This document shows, piece after piece, positions 52,399 to 64,000 of a DNA stretch of 64,000 bases. The translations under genes and the position numbers were made by a program. Within the stretch, counting starts at the first letter, position 1; each line of letters starts with the position of its first letter. Source of the DNA: Camelus dromedarius (taxonomy: Eukaryota); assembly GCF_036321535.1 (NCBI RefSeq), contig NC_087436.1, positions 58,468,001 to 58,532,000 of the forward strand. Reading direction: 5' to 3'. Under the pieces are notes generated by a model, which saw nothing but the letters and a program-made list of their open reading frames with translations, made no database searches and was not told the DNA's origin.

Positions 52399-53589
52399 CC
52401 CAAGGACTAGCCTGAGAAATAAGGTGAGAGTTCTTCCCTTTTCCTATTACCTCAATATCATATAAGCCTTTTCCTCATATCCTAATGCCAACTGTAAGAG
52501 GAAAAAGGGGAAAATGGGGAAAACTTAATATTGAATTATCATCTCAAAACACTGACTTCAACCTCAAGATCCTTTTAAAATTACTGGATCAGACTAAGTT
52601 TTAAACTGAGTTTTGCTAATATTATTTATTTCCATTATTCCTTCTATATCCAGATTTGTTATAAGGAAACAAATAAATTTTAGATAATTAAATAAAGTAT
52701 ATATTTTCTGCACCAAGAAGCTAAATAAAAATAATGATTCTGTTGAGTTTTAAGTTAAAATAAAGTAACTTAATTTTTTAAAGTTATATAGTTATTGACT
52801 CTAGAAGGCAATTGAAACCTCCTAAACTCCATTTTTATTATTACTGCTTATAGTTATAAGAGTAACAATACTAACCATATTTACTACATAATTAGTTTTC
52901 CCATTTGTAATATTTTTATTGGTATTAATATTTCTGAGGCCTTACTAACCCAAGGCACTGTGCTCTATAAACAGTGGCTATTATGATCATCACAACAGTG
53001 CTCTGAGAAAAGTACTATTGGTGGGCTTATGATATAAATCAGGTGGGTTCTCTGTTGTCCTGGTTTAGTATCAGTCTTAAGACAATCTCTGTGTTCCCGA
53101 GTCTTCTTGGTTGGAGTTTTCCTAGCATTTCTATCCCTGCTCCCCTTAGAAGACAAAAACTTTTTCTTCCATCAATGATTAGTCTGAAATGGAAGAGAAT
53201 TTGAAGTCCTTTCCCCAAGATTATCAGTCCTGTTTGCTCACAGCACAGACTCCTGAGCCAAGCATAATTTCTCAGTACTGACTCAGGGGCAGAGGGAATT
53301 TTCTTCTACCTTTCCACAGCATTAATGAGTCTTTGACAAGATGGTTCCCTATTCCTTCCCCAGTGGTAGAAAGGTTTTCCATGTATTTTGACCATGATCT
53401 TAGCTTTATATATACCGTTTACAAAGCAACAGAGGTTTAAAAACAAACAAAAAAACAAAACAACAACAAAAAAACAGTAAAGGAAAAAGAAAATGTCTGA
53501 AGGGTATTCCTCACAAAAGCAACACATTTTATTAGCCATATCATCTTTTTTCAAAATCTGGTTCTGCTTTTAGGGTGAACTTAGGACAA

Positions 53590-53720
53590 AATAATGAATT
53601 TACCTGTGCCTCAGTTTTCCTAAATGTAAAACGAGGAATATCATATCTATCTTACACATTTATGTGTTCATTAAATAGCACAATACCTGGGGTATTATAA
53701 ATGCTAAGTACATATTTTTG
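53590..53720 (+). mobile_element. MIR fragment
   Basis: tgtgcctcagttttcctaaatgtaaaacgaggaata matches the MIR core. Confidence 0.75.
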
Positions 53721-55272
53721 ACTGATTAATACAGTTAAAACATTAAATAAAAATTTTTTTTAAATTTTCTTCAGATAAATCAGATATTTCTCTGTCCATA
53801 TAACCACAGTTGGTAACAGAGGGTCAAATTTAACTACGAATTACACTTGGATCATATCAAATCCATTTTAGTTCAGAATAGATTAGCAGGGCCTACAGAA
53901 CTTCCAAACTTCTTAATAACCATAAAATTCTTTTCCTAGCTTGCAAAGATCAAACTTGAATAAGTCCATTAATGTGGCACTATACACACAAGGTGTAATG
54001 TTTTCCTCCACTGCATTTGCTTTGAAATCACCACACTGTTAAATAAACATTGATCAATGACCACAGATATCCGTATTGTGTTGTCTTTTCAACTGGTTCA
54101 CAGAAGATATTTATCTTCTTTAATGCATTTTGACAATGTGATGATTTTCAGAAAAGCAGCTGCATTCTGAAGCAAGCCAGCTGAACAAAGGAAATTGGGA
54201 AATTTTGAATAGCCTTTGGAGATGTCCCTTTTGGACCCTGAAGATAAGAAATTTGTCCCTGCAAAGCCCTCTGTGAGTGCTCCCATCCAGAATTATCATT
54301 ATTAGCAAACACTTCAGTTAGGAAAAAGTGGACCAAAAAATTGAGTCCACATTTGGAATCCTGAATTAATGAAGAACAAAAAGAAGGCAAAGTCTGCAGG
54401 GACAGAATGAAAAACTATGAGGGGAAAAGAAAAGGTAAGACAGACATAATAAAAATGTGTCAAAGGCAAGCTATATACTTAAGAATACTGTTAGAAGTGT
54501 GATCACAGCATGGTCATCAAATCTATTTCATAATTTCTCTTTGGTAGTTCATGTCCTAAAAAACTTGTTTCCAATGGCCATCAAGGAAACACACAAAATC
54601 TGATAGCTGAAGGAATTTGAATGCAAATATGAACAAAACATCTCCGACGGGTCAGAGAAAACACTAAGGGTAATACACAATCAACTTTTTAATAATGCTT
54701 TAAAGGCAGGTTAAGCTATCTCCTGTCACTAAAATTCATTAACTAATTTATTAGCTTTAAGTCACGGTTTTAAAATACAATTTTTATAAGAATGAAGCAA
54801 ACAATGCCTCTTCAGGAATAAGTTAACAACATGAAAATTCACTTTGTGGAGGTGTAAAGCCACTAACTACTTCCAAATGGACTAAAAAGCTTTCTCTTTT
54901 TCAAAAAACATACAATATACATTAAGAACAAAATATAGCCCAGGATATTTATAACACTTAAAGAGCCAAAATACATTTGTGTGTTTATGTTTATCTGCCC
55001 TAGAGGGCTAGAATGATAAATGGTGAGTAGGATGCATGGATTCACATATTAAAGGTATTCAAGTATAAACTGACAAAATCAAGCATGCTGTCGCTGGCTC
55101 AGTAAGCACAGAAACAGTATGTGGAAAACCTAGAGTGCACCATGACAGTAATACGCCAAAAACTGGGTCACTAGAAACTGAGTCTTTAAACTGCAAAAAT
55201 ATGTCTGTCCATTTATTCTAAGCTAAATGACTTGATTCTAGATTCAGACTGCTACTGTCTCTGCAGTGATAC

Positions 55273-56355
55273 TGAGACAGAAAGGGGGCAGGGTACAGCC
55301 ATCCAAGGAATGCTACAGCAATTAACATCAAAATAGTGAAAGATTCAACCCCCAGTAGGCCTTGAGGCTCAAGATTATGGGAGATTTAACTTCTAGCAGA
55401 ACTTGAGCTTCATTATATGCCCATTGTAATATATTAGCATGGTGAATAACATGCCCACAGGCACCATGGCAGTCCCAAGGCTAGTCACAAAAGATCAAAG
55501 AGTGGGAAATGGCCAGCTCCCTGGGAATCCCATCTCTTTCCCCAGACTAGTTAGACTGGTCCTTCCACTGTATTAGAATATGAGGCCACTGAGCCCAAAA
55601 AAACTGGCAACATGTGCCTCGCGGCCACCGCCTTTCTCTCTCTCCTTTCAGAGACAGCCCACACTCTGTCTATGGAGTGTGTACTTACTTTTAATCTGAG
55701 CACCCAACCCCCACACCTCGTAGCCTTTCTCTTGCCTTTCAATGTATCTCTCTGAATAAATCTACCTTTACTCAACTGTGGCTCGCTCTTGAATTCTTTC
55801 CTGTGTGAAGCTGTGAAGGAAAAGCCAGGCTGGGCTAACAAGATAACTCACAAGTCTAGGAATGTGAAGGAAAAGCTGGGCTGGGCTGGCAGGATAACTC
55901 ACAAATCAAAGTATGGGAATACTGATCTGAGTTCTGCTGGACTAACTTGTAAATCTAAGTTAATTAGTGTTGGTTTGCTCTTCATGTTTTTTGCTATCCA
56001 GCTGGATTTTCAAAGATATATATCTGGCTTTGGAATGTTGGTTTGCTGCCTCCCTGCCTCCACTTTTGTGATAATGATGCTGCTAAAGCTGTTCCATGCC
56101 TATTGGCCGAATACCCCAAGCTTGTACTTTACCCTATAAAACCTCATGCGCACATCTTTGAGGTGCTCAGAGCTTTGGAGCAGAAGCCCCTCTGAGCCCG
56201 CCGGCATAATACATCTGAGTACTCCAACCCTCCAAGTGGTGCTTGTTTCTTGGCTGGCCTGTCGTTTCCGTAACAAAGCCAAGGACCCATACTTGGCAGG
56301 GCACATCTCAGGGACATGGCCCTCCTCACTCCCCACATCCGTTTTTCCTGCATCA
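55273..56355 (+). mobile_element. Outer ERV1 solo LTR (MER41-like), split by a nested LTR
   Basis: TGA...TCA termini; TSD atac at 55269-55272 and 56356-56359. ttgaattctttcctgtgtgaagc rejoins caaggaccc across the insertion. Confidence 0.85.
55812..56275 (+). mobile_element. Inner (younger) ERV1-type solo LTR, 464 bp
   Basis: TGT...ACA termini; perfect TSD aagc at 55808-55811 and 56276-56279; TATA box ctataaaa ~56134; 51-bp-period duplication at the 5' end. Confidence 0.85.
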
Positions 56356-57234
56356 ATACTAAGATAAGGTTAACCACTAAGACCCTAAGTATCTTTGTAC
56401 CCGGGAAAATAAGTGCTATATTAGCAAAGCAAAACAGTTACAGCTTTAAAAAATTGCTGTTAAATTTTTTTCCACTGCCAGAGCTGCTGCATTATGGCAA
56501 AAATATTCTTCCATGCCTAAAAGATTTAAGTACATCTTTATACATCTAACAATACTAAACACACTCACACTCAATCCCTCTCTCCTTCCCTCCCTCTTCT
56601 CCTCTTTTCTCCTCCTCCCCTTCCTTCTTGTCTCTCTCTTTTGGTTTCTCTCCATCTCTCTCTCTCTCTACCTCTCTGTCTTTCTCTTGCAAAGATAAAT
56701 CAAATAATTCACCCATCTCTGTATGTGCAGGTTTCCACCCCTAACATTTGAGAGAGTTTTAAATGATTACATTTCATTTAGTGTGCTTTGGACTACTTCA
56801 CTTTTCAAAAAAAGTGTGTATCAACTTTATTAGCCTTATAAATTGGAGACTGAAAACAGTATTTCATTCCTAAATGAACTCCATTAATGTATTTTTAAAA
56901 TTTATAATTTTACAATAGCACATGTTAAACATCCATATTTGGCTATATGTTGGGAAAGTAATTAGCTAAAATCATAATACAATATATATAACCTTTTTAA
57001 CAATACAGCTTTAAATACTATAATACTTAGAAAAAATTTATCAAATGTCTTTCCTTTCCTTAATAGTTATAATGTAAATATGATGAAAAATACATGTAAA
57101 TTTTTATTTGCCATTCATAAAATGTTTTATTATTTTAACCATTTTAAACCAGTGAACAGGATTAGATAAATAAAGCAATACAGTGTTAAGGATGTATAAC
57201 CACATAATTTTATTTCAATATGTCATAAAATTAT

Positions 57235-57390
57235 ATATACTAGCTGTATGGTCTTGGACTAGTTCTTTAACTGCTTTATGCCACAGTTTCATACTCAGGA
57301 TAACATAAGAATTTGCTACATTGAGTTATGATGATGATTAAATGAGAATGTATTTGTAAAACTTTTAGAATAATATCTTATGTTTAATGT
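57235..57390 (+). mobile_element. MIR fragment
   Basis: actagctgtatggtcttggactagtt...gccacagtttc...gattaaatgagaatgtatttgtaaaac. Confidence 0.7.
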
Positions 57391-57931
57391 AAAGAAACGA
57401 AACACTATATTTCTTAAAGGAACTTAAGAAAGAATTTAAATTGAAAAGAAAATTTGTCAGCACATAAAATTCCTGTGAAAAGATGAAATGCCCCAGCTAA
57501 GTTCTCACTAATAAGGTACAACTGCTCTGTTCTTTAAGCTTCATCTTAATCTCATATCTCCATTATCATTATAAGATTTTCTGAAACAGATGTTCTATTT
57601 TTATGTCTTTTATATGTCCTACACTGGGCAATAGATTGCTGGTAAATCAAGTCTTTAATAAATTCTTGTTGAAACAGTGCAATTTTACATATTTGAAAAT
57701 TAACTAGGGGTCTTATTTTACTATTATTTTTCCAAAAATGAAATAATTGTAAGTGAATGTATTACTAAATGATATATTTTAGTATACCTTTCAGAAAAAT
57801 AAACATTTCAATAAAAGTATTTAATACCATAAATAAAATATAAAGCATATATATTTGAGAGAAAATTCAAAGATGAAATTGTTAGATTAAATTATCACTA
57901 AGTTTCCAGGAAATAATGAAATATATTTGGC

Positions 57932-58115
57932 CTTTTTCTTTTCCAGGTTTACTGAGGTACAGTTAATATAAAATTTTCTCACATATTTACACACACTTTG
58001 ATGTGTCTGGACATGTGCATACACACATCACCATACCATCAAGTTGATGAATACCATCACCACAATCAAGGTAATAAATATATCCATCCCCACGAAAAGA
58101 CTTGTTATGTCCACC

Positions 58116-58171
<56 letters not shown>

Positions 58172-58190
58172 AGAACACTTAACGTGACTA
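57932..58190 (-). mobile_element. L1 3' end fragment containing a (TG)n tract (58118-58169)
   Basis: tttactgaggtacagtt...ccatcaccacaatcaaggtaataaatatatccatc...aagaacacttaac. Confidence 0.8.
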
Positions 58191-58269
58191 TTTTACAAAA
58201 AATCTTTGAAAAGTACGGTAAGATTTTCCAAATAATAAAAAATTGTCATTAAAAATACACATGTATGAG

Positions 58270-61200
58270 GCACTTTCACTACCAGTGAAAGATGGAGTCA
58301 CAGGGATCAGATTTATGAATACCCATCAAAACAACTGAAAACTGAGCAAGACATAAAACAGTTCTTAAATTACTAGACATCAGGTTATAATGGATAGTGA
58401 TACCGAAGGAGAGGAAACAAACAAGGTGAGCCCAACAACTGCCTGAGCTTAGAGCCTGAAGAAAATTTCTAGACCACAACAAAAGAAGGGAGACAGGAGA
58501 GTCCCGCATATTCCCTTAGTACTCCCCCTCAAGGAGTACTTGATCAGTGCATGTGTGTGACTAAACTATTAAAAGCAGGAGAAAGACATGAATGGTGTAT
58601 ACACCACTCATCAAAGTTTACTTAAGCCTGAGGCTACTGACTAAAATTAACACCAAAATGGAAAACTTTTTAAGAAGGCATTAAGTAGAGTACTCAGAAG
58701 AGTTTGCAGAAGTAAAGATGAGTAGAAGAAAATAGAGCATTAGTAGCCTATGGGAAAACTTCAAGAAGCCTAGTACTTGTGTAGTTGGAGTCCACAAAGA
58801 AAGGAGGACCAGAAAAATGTAACAGTTCAATTTTTTCTGAATTCAAACTATAAATCTGTGGATGCAAAAAACTTAACAAACCCTAAGCACAAGAGACATG
58901 AAGAGATACACAGTAAGTAAATCACTTGAAACCAAGGAAAGGAGAACATTTTGAAAACAGCTGGAGGGGAAAAAAGACATTACATACAAAGGAATGAAGC
59001 TAAAGAAACAAGCTGATTTATCATCAAAAACAATGCAAGCCAGAAGACAAGGGATCAACATTTTTTAACTACTGAAAGAAAAACTGTCAACTAAAGATTT
59101 CTTACCCAGTGAAATGACAGTAAAGAACGAAGGCAAAATAAAGATTTTTCAGGCATACAAAAGATTAAAAAATTTATCACCAACTGAACCACATTACAAG
59201 TACTGCTAAAGGTAGATCTTCAGGTATAAAGGAAATGATTCAGGACAGAAATATGGATCAATACAAATGAATGAAGAGGCCTAGGAATGATAACTATATG
59301 GATAAATGTAATACTTTTTTTTCATATTATGTATGGATCTTTAAAACACAATTAATGAAGGGAGGTTATAGCTCAGTGGTAGAGTACATGATATGCATGT
59401 ACGAGGTACTGGGCTCAATTCCCAGGACCTTCACTAAATAAATAAATAAATACATAAATATTTTTTAAAAAACACAATTGACTATTTAAAGATAAAATAA
59501 TGATATAGTGTAGTGTTATAACATATTCAGAAGCAAAATGTATGGCAACAGTAACACACAGACCAGGAGAAGACAAACTGGAATACAATAATTTAACATT
59601 CTTATACTATTTTGAAGTGTTATAAATATAAAGGTAGACTATGATAAATTAAATATGAATACTATAAACCCTACAGCAATCTCTAAAATACAACAGTCAA
59701 TAAAGTCCAAAGAGAATCATAAAACAAATGCTCAGTTAATCGAAAAAAGCAGAACAAGAGAATAAAGCTTAGACAGACAAACAGAAAAGAAATAGCAAGA
59801 TGGTAGATTAAAATTCAAACATACCAAAAACCACTTTATATACAAATAATCTTAACCAAATTAAAAGGCAGAGACATTTTAGACTGGATGAAGATTTATG
59901 TTTTAAGTAGAATGAAAAATAAGATACCAAGCTCATACTAATAATTTAAAAAAAGGCTAGATTGGCTATAGTAATATTAGGCAAAGTACATTTCTGAACA
60001 AAAAGTACTATACTGTTACCAGATGCAAAAGGTTTTTATGTATCCAGTAACAGATCTGTGAGATACACAAAGCAGAAAACAGGATTTCAAGGTGACAAAG
60101 ACAAATCTACAATTCTGGAATGAAATTTCAATACCTCTCAATAGTTGATAAAACAAGTATACATAAATTCAGTAAGGATGTAAGAGACTTGACGAACACT
60201 ATCATCCAACTTGACACTACTGATAACTATAGAGCACATCAACTAAAAAGAGCAGAACATACATTCCTTTAAGAATATTTACCAAGACAGACAATATTCT
60301 AGGTTAAAACTCTGAAGAATCTAGAAATAGAAGGAAAGTAACAACCTGAAAAGAGCATCTATGAAAAATGTACAGCTGACATACATAATAGTGATGACTG
60401 AATACTTTTCTGTTAAGACCAGGAACAAGATGAGAATGTTCACTAGCACCTCTTCTATTCAACACTGATCTGGCTGATGCAATAAGCCAAAAAAACCCAA
60501 AAGTCATCCAAAATTGAAGAAAAAGAAATGTTCTTTATTGGTAGGTGATATGATCATCTATGAAGAAAATGCAATAGGATCTACAATAAAGTGACTAGAA
60601 CTAACATCTGCTTTATGAGCTTTAAGAATACAATATCAAACAGGCAAATAGACAAACTGATCAACATCATTATTCATTGCAGAAATGCAAATTAAAATCA
60701 CAATGAGACACCTCTATGCACCTATTACAATGTCTAAAATTAAAAAGAATGACCACACCAAGTGTTGGTGAGGATATGGAACAACTGGAACTCTCATGTA
60801 CTACCAGCCGGTAAATAAAATGTGTAACTATTTTTGAAAACAAGTTGTCAACTTCTTTAAAAATTAAATATAAATCTACTATATGAACCAGCCACTCTAC
60901 TCCCAAGTATTTACCCAAAATTTACCAAAGCATATATCTATACAAAGACTTAAAACACCAATGTTCCTAACAACTTTATCTATAGTAGTGTAAAACAGGA
61001 AACAACCCAAATGTCTAATAATATGTGAACAGGCAAACAAATAATGGTGTATCCATACACTAGAATACTGCTCAGCAATAAAAAGCAATGAACTATTGAT
61101 AAACACAAAATCATGGATAGCTCCCATAATATTATGCTGAGTTAAAGAAGCAAGACCAAAACTGGATAAAATATTATATGATTCTATATATATATATGTA

Positions 61201-61430
61201 AGTCTCTAGAAAATGCAAACTATTATAGTGCCAGGATAACCAATGTTTGCCAGGGAATAAAGTTGTAAACAGGAAAAATGAGAGGGAGGAATTACAAAGA
61301 GGCAAAGATTATCATCTTGATTATGGTTATGGTGTACATATTATGTCAAAATATAACAAGTTGTTCAATTTAACTTTGTGTAGTTTACTGTATGTCATTT
61401 ATACCACGATGAATCTGTTAAAAATGCATG
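58270..61430 (+). mobile_element. Old, heavily deleted L1 (ORF1, ORF2 and 3'UTR remnants; L1MD/L1ME-type)
   Basis: ORF1-like aaaacaatgcaagccagaagacaa; ORF2-like gaaatgcaaattaaaatcacaatgaga; 3'UTR tctagaaaatgcaaacta. Confidence 0.8.
59357..59468 (+). mobile_element. Camelid tRNA-derived SINE (Vic-like) inserted in the old L1
   Basis: gggaggttatagctcagtggtagag...gaggtactgggctcaattccca plus (taaa)n tail; TSD aaaacacaatt at 59343-59353 and 59469-59479. Confidence 0.9.
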
Positions 61431-61529
61431 TGTAAATTATTTTCCTTCATTCCTTTGGTCATTTACTACAATCATAAAAATCTTGCTAAAGAGTTTTAAA
61501 AAACACAAATTTTACAACTATCTTCAGAT

Positions 61530-61700
61530 TATGCAGCATGGTATGGGAGAAAGCAGAATGGAAAAAAGAATTAGGAAATCTGTATTCTAGTTCTGGCTTT
61601 GCCATGACAGGCTCACTGAATATGGTTAAATCACTGAACCACTCAGGCCTTCATTTTACTCACCTATGAAGTAAAAGGATTGCATGAGATCATTGGTCCT
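61530..61700 (+). mobile_element. MIR fragment
   Basis: ttctagttctggctttgcca...aaatcactgaaccactcaggccttcattttactcacctatgaa. Confidence 0.7.
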
Positions 61701-62631
61701 CAACTTTTTTGGATTCATGGAACATTTTGGAGTATTAGTTTTAGGTCTGGGCAATTAAAGGGACTGAAGAATCATCAAAAGAATGCTTTGTAGATCAATA
61801 GTAATTGAAACACAATCCTTACCTTATACCAAAAGCACACAGTAATTGTTAAAAAAAAAAAAACAAAAAACACACTTAATATGCCATTTCATTGCCTTTC
61901 TAGTGTGTCCTTTTGCCCCTACATTATTCTCTTTCATACACAAGAGGTAAAGTTCTCTCATGTTCTGGGAAATACGACATCTTTCTTTGGAACTGGCTTC
62001 CATTAGATTTACCATTTACTGACAGGATTTGTACCCAACACTGAAACATACTACACAATCCCCTTTTAAATGTTCTAAAATACTATAGATAGAATTAGCA
62101 AAATTAAAGGACATGATTCTCAAAGTTGGACAGCATTCCTGTGAAGCAGTTAACACTGCTGTATTATATAATTTCTAAGGCCTGTTTCAGACCATTATTT
62201 TCAAATGTGAAAAATCATATCTATCATTTTGGTTTGTTGTGTTAAAGAGATAATGCCTATACACTATGAGTCATAGCTGACACACAAGAAATGTAAAATC
62301 TGCTCACCTCTGAGACACTAGTAGTTCAGTGTCCTTGGACGTTACTCAGATTATAGATGTAATTCTGAACTATTTCAGCCAGTTCTTGGTTAAAGGCCCT
62401 TTTACTGTTTCTACCTAATACATTTCAGCTTTAGGACAGAATTTATTTCCTGGTTAGGTTGTGACAAACCTTTCTAAGAATTCCAGGCAATTCTTTCTAT
62501 TTAGAAAGATTTCACAAAGCATAGTCTCTATTAAAGGGTATGAGGACTTCCTTTGACATTACTGAAATGTGTATCTTTCTCAGAAATGAATAAAAGTTTG
62601 CATTACCTTAATGCTTAGTGATTGGATTATT

Positions 62632-64000
62632 CTTTTTATTCTTTTTATTAGGAATAACTGACATATTAGTTGAAGGTGTACAATATAATGAGTTGATATT
62701 TGTATATATTGCAAAATGATCACAATAGTCCAATTAACTGCCATCACAACACATAACTCAAAAATGTTTTCCTTTCTATAAGTCTTCAAGATCCACTCTC
62801 CTAGCTACTTTCAAATGTGAGACACAATATTATTAACTATAGTCACCATGGTGCATATCACATCTCCATGACTTACTCATTTTATTACTGGAAATTTGTA
62901 CCTTTTGACCCCCTTCACTCATCTTGTCTACCCCACAACCCCTGCCTCTGGTAACCACCAATCTATTCTCTATATCCAAGAGTTAAAGTTTTGTTTTTTG
63001 GTTTTCTGATTTTTTATTCCTCATATAAGTGAGACTATACCATTTTTATCTTTCTGTCTGACTTATTTCACTTAGCATAAGGCCCTCAAAGTTCATCCAT
63101 GCTGTCAGAAATGAAAAAATCTCACTTTTTTTTATGGTTAAATGATATTCCACTGTCTCACATTTTCTTAATCCATTCATCCATAGATAGACATCTAGAT
63201 TGTTTCTGTATCTTGGCTATTGTTAACAACAACAAAAAAATAATGCAAGGAATACAAGAATGCAGATATCTCTTCTCTTAATGTTTCAAATTTCTTCAGA
63301 TAAATACTCAGAAGTAGAATTGCTGGATCATGAGGTAATTCAACTTTTAACTTTTTGAGAAAACTACATACTGTTTTTCACAGTGGATGCACCAATTTAC
63401 ATTCCCACCAACAGTGCACAATGTTCCCTTTTCTCCACATCCTCGCCATTATTTCTTGTCTTTTTGATAACTGCCATCTAACAGGTGCTACCTCATGTGG
63501 CCTTCATTTTCATTTCCCTGACAGTAATGTTGAGCATCTTTTCATGTACCTGTTGGCCATCTGTATGTCTTCTTTGGAAAAATATCTACTCAGATCCTAT
63601 GCCTATTTTATTTTTAATCAGATTGTTTGCCTTTTTCCTATTGAGTTGTATGAGTTCTTTACACATATTAACTGTTAACCCCTAACCAGATGTAATATGA
63701 TTTGAAAAAATTTCCTCCCATTCAGCAGGCTGCCTTTCCATTTTGTTAATGATTTCTTTGCTGTGCAGAAGCTTTTTAGCTCAATGTAGTCCCACTTGTT
63801 TATTTTTGCCTTCGTTGCCTTCACTTTTGGTGTCAGATCCCCAAAATCAATGACAAGACAAATATCAAGGTGCTTATCATTTATATTTTCTTCTAGATAT
63901 TTTAAGGTTTCACGTCAGAAATTCAAGTCTGTAATCCATTTTCATTTAAATTTTGTGTATGGTGGAAGATAATGGTCCAGTTTCATTCTTTTGCATGTGG
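62632..64000 (-). mobile_element. L1 (L1MA9-like) 3' end and ORF2, running off the window edge
   Basis: tattattaactatagtcaccatg; catactgtttttcacagtggatgcaccaatttacattcccaccaacagtg; tttgctgtgcagaagctttttag. Confidence 0.9.

Noticed and set aside
54098..54390. Three overlapping minus-strand ORFs
   Set aside because: No recognisable protein and no coherent splice-site pair. The block may be regulatory (two CAGCTG E-boxes), but I cannot support that from sequence alone.
59357..59430. tRNA gene (also 4110-4183)
   Set aside because: The tRNA-like head has no intact cloverleaf and is followed by an A-rich tail with TSDs, so it is a SINE.
1..64000. ORF-track entries as host protein-coding genes
   Set aside because: All are short (60-138 aa). 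The recognisable ones are L1 ORF2 remnants or their antisense frames; the rest show no family motif I recognise.

Overview
This is AT-rich mammalian genomic DNA, very likely camelid (alpaca/llama/camel), judged from two Vic-type tRNA-derived SINEs and lineage-type L1 3' ends. I recognise no host protein-coding gene; the window reads as deep intronic or intergenic sequence. A large share is interspersed repeat: L1s of several ages, L2, MIR, MaLR/ERVL/ERV1 solo LTRs and hAT DNA transposons. The only recognisable protein in the ORF track is decayed L1 ORF2. Best leads: (1) a repeat-free island at ~14.07-14.48 kb on the minus strand, with a strong 3' splice site directly followed by GTGAGT (recursive-splice or alternative-last-exon candidate) and a downstream donor held inside a branched stem-loop; (2) a plus-strand 6-nt microexon candidate with a perfect TACTAAC branch point; (3) a solo LTR nested in a MER41-like solo LTR, both with perfect 4-bp TSDs; (4) a 73-bp near-perfect dispersed duplication; (5) a perfect DR2 nuclear-receptor element. 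Repeat family names are from memory of consensus sequences, and boundaries without a TSD are approximate. I found no evidence of a new multi-gene system.
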